DNA of 64,000 nucleotides. Origin: Raillietiella orientalis (taxonomy: Eukaryota). The translations under genes and the position numbers were made by a program. A model generated the notes under the pieces. The model was not told where the DNA came from and made no database searches. It worked only from the letters and a program-made list of their open reading frames with translations. This document shows positions 24,361 through 34,100 of this stretch, one piece after another (position 1 is the stretch's first letter; every line of letters starts with the position of its first letter). The stretch covers positions 248,001-312,000 of the forward strand of contig JAYWIR010000084.1 in assembly GCA_036172245.1 (NCBI GenBank), in the 5' to 3' direction.

Positions 24361-25661
24361 CCCGTTAGGACGGACGTGTTTCCTCGGTGCTCCTCGTACC
24401 GGGAACCGTCCCTAGGTGTAAGCTTCGTGTGTGTCGGTGGTCGATCAGGCAGCGCTGCCTGATAGGACCACCAGTGCGTGTCAGGGGGCGGCGGCAACGT
24501 CGCCTCCAGAGAAGATGGAATGCCAGGGGGTGGCGGCAACGTCGCCTCTAGAGAAGATGGAGTGCCAGGGGGCGGCGGCAACGTCGCCCTCAGTAACAAA
24601 GGAGATGGGGGCATCCGGCCCCACACAATCGGTCCCCGCTGCAGAGGGGGCGTGGAGCGCCGTCGTGTCGGCGCCATCGCCTGCAGCCGCAACGATATTA
24701 TCGGCCTATGTAGAAGAGGGGTATAACCCTTCGCTTTTCTACAAGGTAATCAATCTATATTCTTTAGAGAGCGCGCGCGCCTTCTCGAAGAAGATGCGCG
24801 CTCTCGATGTGAAAGAGGAGGAGCTCTGCGCTATGACCATTCGTAGCGGGGGGCAGTACGTAGAGGTGATCTGCAAACATGGAGATCTGGCCCAACGTCT
24901 GCTCAAAACCCCCGTGGTAATGGGGACACGCAGGCTCCTTCCCATTACGGAGGACCACAGTATGGTGGTCCACCTTTTAGGAGTTACCGCGCGGATGCGA
25001 AAAGAACAGTTACGCGCCGCGTTGCGAGAAGAAGCTACGGTCCATGCAGTATGATCCAAGCCTAGTGCTCTCGAGGACTACACAAAAGTTCAATGCGGCC
25101 TCACGGCTACATGAGTAACCGTCCGCGAGGGCTCTACCCTTCCCCACAAACTGGTGGTCGGTGGCAAAAGCGTCGACCTCTGCTAAGTGAAGAAGCCTAA
25201 ATACTGTGGCTTATGCAACACGTCGGGACACCTCAAAAGGAGGTGCCCCAACGTACAGTGCAAAGTATGCGGAACAATGGGCCACAAGATGGAGGTATGC
25301 CCACAAGCCGCTGTGCGCGTGGATTCCGCAAGGATTAAAAAAAAACCCGCGCAGCTACTGCAAAAAAGGCTGAATGCGAAAGCTGCTGCTAAAGCTGTGC
25401 CACCCACGCCCATGTTTTAGGCCTCAGCGGAGACCCCGGCAACAAACGGCGAAAGGATCGAGGGAAGCTGCAAGGAGCCTGGATGGCAGGCTGCAACAGC
25501 GAAAAAGAGAAGTCCAAAAAACAACGCCAACTTGAAAAAAAGCTCGCATACCAGAATAAAAAACAGGAGGGTAGCAAGACCTTAAAAGAATGCAGCGTCA
25601 TCGTGGAACGTATTAGCGCCGCTCGCGAACGCCGCAAGGTACAACTCGCTGCTACCGATGT
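24361..25661 (+). mobile_element. 5' region and degenerate ORF1 of L1/Tx1-like element (E9)
   Basis: GYNPSLFYKV...TIRSGGQYVEVIC and YCGLCNTSGHLKRRCPNVQCKVCGTMGHKMEVC (two CX2CX4HX4C knuckles). Stops and frameshifts present. Confidence 0.92.
24479..24610 (+). repeat. 42-bp in-frame tandem repeat, about 3 copies, in ORF1 N-terminus
   Basis: Units at 24479, 24521 and 24563 encode CQGAAATSPPEKME, CQGVAATSPLEKME and CQGAAATSPSVTKEMG. Confidence 0.95.
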
Positions 25662-28124
25662 TATCATCCGGGTTCGGCAGGGGCGTTCATTGATAAAAAC
25701 TTACATTCGCGCTACAAAACCCCGTTCACAGCCATAGGCAACGGACCTGCCGGGACGCCGGGACGCAGTCCGGTGTGGCTCTCCTTGGCAGTGAAAGCGA
25801 ATGGGGAAAAAAAAAAAAGGAAAATAAAAAATAAGGAAAACAAAAAGAACTTGGAGGGTAATGAAGGGATCACTGGTCACTGGGAGGAGGGCCCTTCCTT
25901 CGGAGGAAGCCCTGTAGGTACTTCTGCATTTGTTAAAACTAAGGCCACTCTGTGGCTCTTGCTAGGAAGCGAAGAGCATATGGGATGATGTCCCTCTCGT
26001 TTTCGTCCACTTCGTCGCTGGCTTCGCTCCAAGCCACCACGATGCCTCGGGTGCAGCACAGTGGTGCCACGGCTGCGGAAGGCTGCAGGGCGTTCCGCAC
26101 GAAGAGGAGTCGGAAAACGTCTCTGAGGACACTACCCGTTGGAAGTCCGAGGGTCGTTCCAAACCGTTCCCATAGGGGTTGGAGGGAAGCACAATCCACA
26201 ATAAGGTGGGGGAGCGATTCCCGCTCCCCGCACCTGATACACGCAGGATGCACAGCTCCCCTTGTCCAGTGGTAGCGGCGTGCATTGCAGGGTAAACCCC
26301 AGTGCAACACGAGCAACGCCGACTCTTGCCACTTAAGGGGCAGGATCCTGGATTCTCTCAAAACCGGGAACCACTTCAGCTCATCCATCAGGATGGCGAG
26401 CGGCTCGTCCCATTTCCTAAGTCCACTCAAATAGACGCTCGGGGTCGTGACGTCAGCCAGCTCTCCCATGGTCCATCCGCTCATCAACTTCTCACGTCCC
26501 GCGAAGCAGCAGGAGACTTGCCACTTTGGCGTCCGGCTGCAATGAAGCGCCCTCCTCAGGAAGGGCATCGCCGTAGCAAGGCACGTTGTCTCGGCCCACG
26601 TGCTTGTAGCGAAACTCTCCAAGAGATACCGCAGCGTGCAGCGGGCTTAGGGGGCCGCATCAAAGACCATTCCACGTTTCGTGGCTTCTCTGGTTTACCA
26701 CAGCCCAGGTGCCGATTTTATCCTCCAACCAGGCGGAGGATTTGGCAGGGCTGCAAACCATCCAGAGGTTTTTCATGGCCAGGGTTACCATGCAACCGAC
26801 CAGTAGGCTTCATCTTCTGATCTTCCGGATGGGGCACAGAAGAAAAGACACGAGTCCATCCCACCGAGACACACGCCTGGCAAGGAGGCGGGCCGGAATG
26901 CACGATGGGCTGTTCCACATCTTCGCTGCGATGGCCATGATGCGCCATCGCAGCTGAATTTCCAAGCGCCCTAGCGTCAGGAAGCTGAGACCGCCGTCCC
27001 GATGCGGAGCGCACAAGTCCTTCAAAGGGACACGGGGCTTTCCTTTGCCCCTAAGGGCGAGGCGAAAGAGGTATTTTGTCCTCTTTACGTCAACGGAGGC
27101 GGGGCATACAAAAAGGAAGGGGAGGAGGATGTAGGCCACGGAGGCGTTCCAAACCGCGGCTCGTTCCGGGAAGTGGAACTTGCCTTCCAGGAACGGGCCG
27201 ATCGCCGTCTTGACTTTTCCGAGACAGCTGCACCACGCTTCCGCAGGGGAGTAGTCCCCCAGCGGCAAAAAGAGGTACTTCAAGCACCTCGCCGTGGGGA
27301 TCCCCAGACGGAACCAGTCCTGCTGCCCTGCCCGCGCCGCACCAACTGGCACTACCGACGACTGCGCCCTATTCACCTGCAGTCCGGTTCCGCAGGTCGA
27401 AGAAGTCTCCGACTGCCGCCGCAAGGGAGAACATAGGCAACAAGAACAGAAGATCGTAGGCATAGCCTGCTACAAAGGGTGTGCCGGGATACAAGCTCGA
27501 CAAGAGGGACAAAGTACCCCTGTATGCTCTCAGCACCAACTCAAAGTAGGTGCAAAAGAGCAGGGGGCTGAGGCTATCTCCCTGCCTTATGCCCCGCTGC
27601 AATGGCACGCCATACGCCTTTTGTCTGCTAAAAGAGACGGCAATTATCGCATTCCGCCAGCAAGAGCGCAGGTAGGAAATCGGGGATTGTGGAAAGCCCA
27701 TGCGACTCAGGAGCTCCAAGAGAAGTTCCTGGTCTACACAGTCGAACGCCTTGTGGAGGTCGAGTGCGAGCGCTAAAGCCCACTTCCCCGCCCGACGGTC
27801 CCTTCCCAACCCGGCTGGCGGCCCCAATGTGGGGTTGCCGACTTTCTCTATCCCTTTCTTTTTTCTTCTCTGCAGGTGCACCCATGTGCTTGCGAAGAAG
27901 AGGTTGGCATCCATACTTCGCCCGGGAACAGCATTAGTCTGCTCCGGGCTAATTACGGTATCTGCCACCTGCCCCAGACGCGAAGCCCATAGCCCTGCTA
28001 TCAACTTGGCGTCCGTATTCACGATCGTGATCGGACGCCAGTTCTTTAAATTCCTGAGGTCTCCCCCTTTCGGAAGGAGCCTCACTCTGGCTGACCGAAA
28101 CGAGGCCGGAACATCGGCTTCGTC
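25662..28124 (-). mobile_element. 5'-truncated L1/Tx1-like ORF2 (RT through zinc motif) plus 3' UTR (E10)
   Basis: NWRPITIVNTDAK, LDLHKAFD, RGIRQGDSLSPLLF, YADD changed to YAYD, and CIRCGERESLPHLIVDC. Frameshifts present. Its 5' end abuts the satellite. Confidence 0.95.
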
Positions 28125-31100
28125 TTTTTACTCTCCATCTTCCTTTTTTCAGTGCAAATTTGCAGTGTCTGCTGATATCTAATCAATTTCTAAAATGTCG
28201 ATTACATCTTTAAGCTCCTTCCGAGCATCCGAACGGATTCCTTTCCCCATGGATGCAACGGCACCTTTATCACATCCCCGCTTCCTCGGAATCCCTTGCT
28301 CCAAGGGAAGAAATCATAGGAGAACCGAACTAATTTCAAGATGGCAGGATTGGTGTTAGTCTGGTTTTCATGGCAACCATTTTTGCAATGAAGAGATGAA
28401 GTTTTTTACCCTCCATCTTCCTTTTTTCAGTGCAAATTTGCAGTGTCTGCTGATATCTAACAATTTCTATAATGTCGATTACATCTTTAAGCTCCTTCCG
28501 AGCATCCGAACGGATTCCTTTCCCCGTGGATGCAACGGCACCTTTATCACATCCCCACTTCCTCGGAATCCCTTGCTCCACGAGAAGAAATCATAGGAGA
28601 ACCGAACTAATTTCAAGATGGCAGGATTGGTGTTAGTCTGGTTTTCATGGCAACCATTTTTGCAATGGAGAGATGAAGGTTTTTACCCTCCATCTTCCTT
28701 TTTTCAGTGCAAATTTGCAGTGTCTGCTGATATCTAATCAATTTCTATAATGTCGATTACATCTTTATGCTCCTTCCGAGCATCCGAACGGATTCCTTTC
28801 CCCGTGGATGCAACGGCACCTTTATCACATCCCCACTTCCTCCGAATCTCTTGCTCCACGAGAAGAAATCATAGGAGAACCGAACTAATTGCAAGATGGC
28901 AGGACAGGTGTTAGTCTGGTTCTCATGGCAATCATTTTTGCAAAGGACAGATGAAGTTTTTTTCTCTCCATCTTCCTATTTTCAGTGCAAATTTGCAGTG
29001 TCTGCTGATATCTAATCAATTTCTATAATGTCGATTACATCTTTAAGCTCCTTCCGAGCATCCGAACGGATTCCTTTCCCCGTGGATGCAAAGGCACCTT
29101 TATCACATCCCCACTTCCTCGGAATCCCTTGCTCCAAGGGAAGAAATCATAGGAGAACCGAACTAATTGCAAGATGGCAGGACAGGTGTTAGTCTGGTTT
29201 TCATGGCAACCATTTTTGCAATGGAGAGATGAAGTTTTTTACCCTCCATCTTCCTTTTTTCAGTGCAAATTTGCAGTGTCTGCTGATATCTAATCAATTT
29301 CTAAAATGTCGATTACATCTTTAAGCTCCTTCCGAGCATCCGAACGGATTCCTTTCCCCGTGGATGCAACGGCACCTTTATCACATCCCCACTTCCTCGG
29401 AATCCCTTGCTCCAAGGGAAGAAATCATAGGAGAACCGAACTTATTTCAAGATGGCAGGATTGGTGTTAGTCTGGTTTTCATGGCAACCATTTGTGCAAT
29501 GGAGAGATGAAGTTTTCTTCCCTCCATCTTCGTTTTTTCAGTGCAAATTTGCAGTGTCTGGTGATTTCAAGACAATTTCTATAATGTCTATTACATCGTT
29601 CGGCTCCTTTCGAGCATCCGAACGGAATCCTTTCCCCGTGGATGCAAAGGCACCTTTATCACATCCCCACTTCCTCCGAAACTTTAGCTCCACGAGAAGA
29701 AATCAAAGGAGAACCGAACTAATTTCAAGATGGAAGGATTGGTGGTAGTCCGGTTTTCATGGCAACCATTTTTGAATGGACAGATGAAGTTTTTTTCCCT
29801 CCATCTTCCTGATTTCAGTGCAAATTTGCAGTGTCTGCTGATATCTAATCAATTTTTTTAATGTCTATTACATCTTTAAGCTCCTTCCGAGCATCCGAAC
29901 AGATTCCTTTCCCCATGGTTGCAAAGGCACCTTTATCACATCCCCACTTCCTCGGAATCCCTTGCTCCAAGGGAAGAAATCATAGGAGAACCGAACTAAT
30001 TTCAAGATGGCAGGATTGGTGTTAGTCTGGTTTTCATGGCAACCTTTTTTGCAATGGACAGATGAAGTTTTTTACCCTCCATCTTCCTGATTTCAGTGCA
30101 AATTTGCAGTGTCTGCTGATATCTAATTAATTTCCATAATGTCGATTACATCTTTAACCTCCTTTTGAGCATCCGAACGGATTCCTTTCCCCGTGGATGC
30201 AACGGAACCTTTATCACATCCCCGCTTCCTCGGAATCCCTTGCTCCAAAGGAAGAAATCATAGGAGAACAGAACTAATTTCAAGATGGCAGGATTGGTGT
30301 TAGTCTGGTTTTCATGGCAACCATTTTTGCAATGGAGAGATGAAGTTTTCTTCCCTCCATCTTCCTTTTTTCAGTGCAAATTTGCAGTGTCTGTTGATTT
30401 GAAGACAATTTCTATAATGTCTATTACATGGTTCGGCTCCTTGCGAGCATCCGAACGGATTCCTTTCCCCATGGATGCAAAGGCACCTTTATCACATCCC
30501 CACTTCCTCCGAATCTCTTGCTCCACGTGAAGAAATCATAGGAGAACCGAACTAATTGCAAGATGGCAGGACAGGTGTTAGTCTGGTTCTCATGGCAATC
30601 ATTTTTGCAAAGGACAGATGAAGTTTTTTTCCCTCCATCTTCCTATTTTCAGTGCAAATTTGCAGTGTCTGCTGATATCTAATCAATTTCTATAATGTCG
30701 ATTACATCTTTAAGCTCCTTCCGAGCATCCGAACGGATTCCTTTCCCCGTGGATGCAACGGCACCTTTATCACATCCCCGCTTCCTCGGAATCCCTTGCT
30801 CCAAGGGAAGAAATCATAGGAGAACCGAACTAATTTCAAGATGGCAGGATTGGTGTTAGTCTGGTTTTCATGGCAACCATTTTTGCAATGGAGAGATGAA
30901 GTTTTCTTCCCTCCATCTTCGTTTTTTCAGTGCAAATTTGCAGTGTCTGGTGATTTCAAGACAATTTCTATAATGTCTATTACATCGTTCGGCTCCTTTC
31001 GAGCATCCGAACGGAATCCTTTCCCCGTGGATGCAAAGGCACCTTTATCACATCCCCACTTCCTCCGAAACTTTAGCTCCACGAGAAGAAATCAAAGGAG

Positions 31101-34100
31101 AACCGAACTAATTTCAAGATGGAAGGATTGGTGGTAGTCCGGTTTTCATGGCAACCATTTTTGAATGGACAGATGAAGTTTTTTTCCCTCCATCTTCCTG
31201 ATTTCAGTGCAAATTTGCAGTGTCTGCTGATATCTAATCAATTTTTTTAATGTCTATTACATCTTTAAGCTCCTTCCGAGCATCCGAACAGATTCCTTTC
31301 CCCATGGTTGCAAAGGCACCTTTATCACATCCCCACTTCCTCGGAATCCCTTGCTCCAAGGGAAGAAATCATAGGAGAACCGAACTAATTTCAAGATGGC
31401 AGGATTGGTGTTAGTCTGGTTTTCATGGCAACCTTTTTTGCAATGGACAGATGAAGTTTTTTACCCTCCATCTTCCTTTTTCAGTGCAAATTTGCAGTGT
31501 CTGCTGATATCTAATCAATTTCTATAATGTCGATTACATCTTCAAGCTCCTTCCGAGCATCCGAACGGATTCCTTTCCCCGTGGATGCAACGGCACCTTT
31601 ATCACATCCCCGCTTCCTCGGAATCCCTTGCTCCACGAGAAGAAATCATAGGAGAACCGAACTAATTTCAAGAGTGCAGGATTGGTGTTAGTCTGGTTTT
31701 CATGGCAACCTTTTTTGCAATGGACAGATAAAGTTTTCTTCCCTCCATCTTCCTTTTTTCAGTGCAAATTTGCAGTGTCTGGTGATTTCAAGACAATTTC
31801 TATAATGTCTATTACATCGTTCGGCTCCTTCCGAGCATCCCAACGGATTCCTTTCCCCATGGATACAAAGGCACCTTTATCACATCCCCACTTCCTCGGA
31901 ATCCCTTGCTCCGCAAGAAGAAATCATAGGATAACCGAACTAATTTCATGAGTGCAGGATTGGTGTTAGTCTGGTTTTCATGGCAACCATTTTTGCAATG
32001 GACAGATGAAGTTTTCTTCCCTCCATCTTCCTTTTTTGAGTGCAAATTTGCAGTGTCTGGTGATTTCAAGACAATTTCTATAATGTCTATTACATCGTTG
32101 GGCTCCTTTCGAGCAACCGAACGGATTCCTTTCCCCATGGATGCAAAGGCACCTTTATCACATTAACACTTCCTCCGAATTTCTTGCTCCGCGAGAAGAA
32201 ATCATAGGATAACCGAACTAATTTCAAGAGTGCAGGATTGGTGTTAGTCTGGTTTTCATGGCAACCTTTTTTGCAATGGAGAGATGAAGTTTTTTACCCT
32301 CCATGTTCCTTTTTTCAGTGCAAATTTGCTGTGTCTGCTGATATCTAATAATTTCTATAATGTCGATTACATCTTTAAGCTCCTTCCGAGCATCTGAACG
32401 GATTCCTTTCCCCGTGGATGCAAAGGCACCTTTATCACATCCCCACTTCCTCCGAAACTTTAGCTCCACGAGAGGAAATCATAGGAGAACCGAAATAATT
32501 TCAAGATGGCAGGATTGCTGTTAGTCTGGTTTTCATGGCAACCTTTTTTGCAATGGACCGACAAAGTTTTCTTCCCTTCGATCTTCCTTTTTTCAGTGCA
32601 AATTTGCAGTGTCTGCTGATATCTAATCAATTTCTATAATGTCGATTACATCTTCAAGCTCCTTCCGAGCATCCGAACGGATTCCTTTCCCCGTGGATGC
32701 AACGGAACCTTTATCACATCCCCACTTCCTCGGAATCCCTTGCTCCAAGGGAAGAAATCATAGGAGAACCGAACTAATTTCAAGATGGCAGGATTGGTGT
32801 TAGTCTGGTTTTCATGGCAACCTTTTTTGCAATGGACAGATGAAGTTTTTTACCCTCCATCTTCCTTTTTCAGTGCAAATTTGCAGTGTCTGGTGATTTC
32901 AAGACAATTTCTATAATGTCTATTGCATCGTTCGGCTCCTTCCGAGCATCCGAACGGATTCCTTTCCCCGTGGATGCAACGGAACCTTTATCACATCCCC
33001 ACTTCCTCGGAATCCCTTGCTCCAAGGGAAGAAATCATAGGAGAACCGAACTAATTTCAAGATGGCAGGATTGGTGTTAGTCTGGTTTTCATGGCAACCA
33101 TTTTTGCAATGGACAGATGAAGTTTTTTACCCTCCATCTTCCTTTTTTCAGTGCAAATTTGCAGTGTCTGCTGATATCTAATTAATTTCTATAATGTCGA
33201 TTACATCTTTAAGCTCCTTCCGAGCATCCGAACGGATTCCTTTCCCCATGGATGCAACGGCACCTTTATCACATCCCCGCTTCCTCGGAATCCCTTGCTC
33301 CAAGGGAAGAAATCATTTTAGAACCGAACTAATTTCAAGATGGCAGGATTGGTGTTAGTCTGGTTTTCATGGCAACCATTTTTGCAATGAAGAGATGTAG
33401 TTTTTTACCCTGCATCTTCCTTTTTTCAGTGCAAATTTGCAGAGTCTGGTGATTTCAAGAAAATTTCTATAATGTCTATTACATCGTTCGGCTCCTTCCG
33501 AGCATCCGAACGTATTCCTTTCCCCATGTATGCAAAGGCACCTTTATCACATCCCCACTTCCTCGGAATCCCTTGCTCCAAGGGAAGAAATCATAGGAGA
33601 ACCGAACTAATTTCAAGATGGCAGGATTGGTGTTAGTCTGGTTTTCATGGCAACCATTTTTGCAATGGAGAGATGAAGTTTTCCTCCCTCCATCTTCCTT
33701 TTTTCAGTGCAAATTTGCAGTGTCTGGTGATTTCAAGACAATTTCTATAATGTCTATTACATCGTTCGGCTCCTTCCTAGCATCCGAACGGATTCCTTTC
33801 CCCATGGATGCAAAGGCACCTTTATCACATCCCCACTTCTTCCGAATCTCTTGCTCCACGTGAAGAAATCATAGGAAAACCGAACTAATTGCAAGATGGC
33901 AGGATTGGTGTTAGTCTGGTTTTCATGGCAACCATTTTTGCAAAGGACCGATGGAGTTTTTTTCTGTCCATCTTCCTATTTTCAGTGGAAATTTGCAGTG
34001 TCTGCTGATATCTATTCAATTTCTATAATGTCTATTACATCGTTCGGCTCCTTCCGAGCATCCGAACGGATTCCTTTCCCCATGTATGCAAAGGCACCTT

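Noticed and set aside
11740..28124. TGA-to-Trp recoding, since TGA sits at conserved Trp positions (~18296, ~20153, ~23847, ~25052)
   Set aside because: TAG, TAA, TGC and CGG also replace Trp in other copies, and frameshifts are common. Ordinary decay explains the pattern.
19861..28124. LTR retrotransposon or retroviral gag-pol, or a bacterial RT system (retron, group II intron, DGR)
   Set aside because: No LTRs, protease, RNase H or integrase were seen. The WRPIT, KAFD, GIRQGD and YADD motifs, the APE N-terminus and the C-terminal zinc motif indicate a non-LTR L1/Tx1-type element.
28210..28240. CENP-B box in the monomer (TTCCGAGCATCCGAACGG)
   Set aside because: It does not fit TTCG-N4-A-N2-CGGG.
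28341..28618. Monomer as an ancient dimer of ~139 bp
   Set aside because: A few shared words (ATTTCAAGA, TGCAAxGG, CTTCCT) occur in both halves but at inconsistent offsets. Not convincing by eye.
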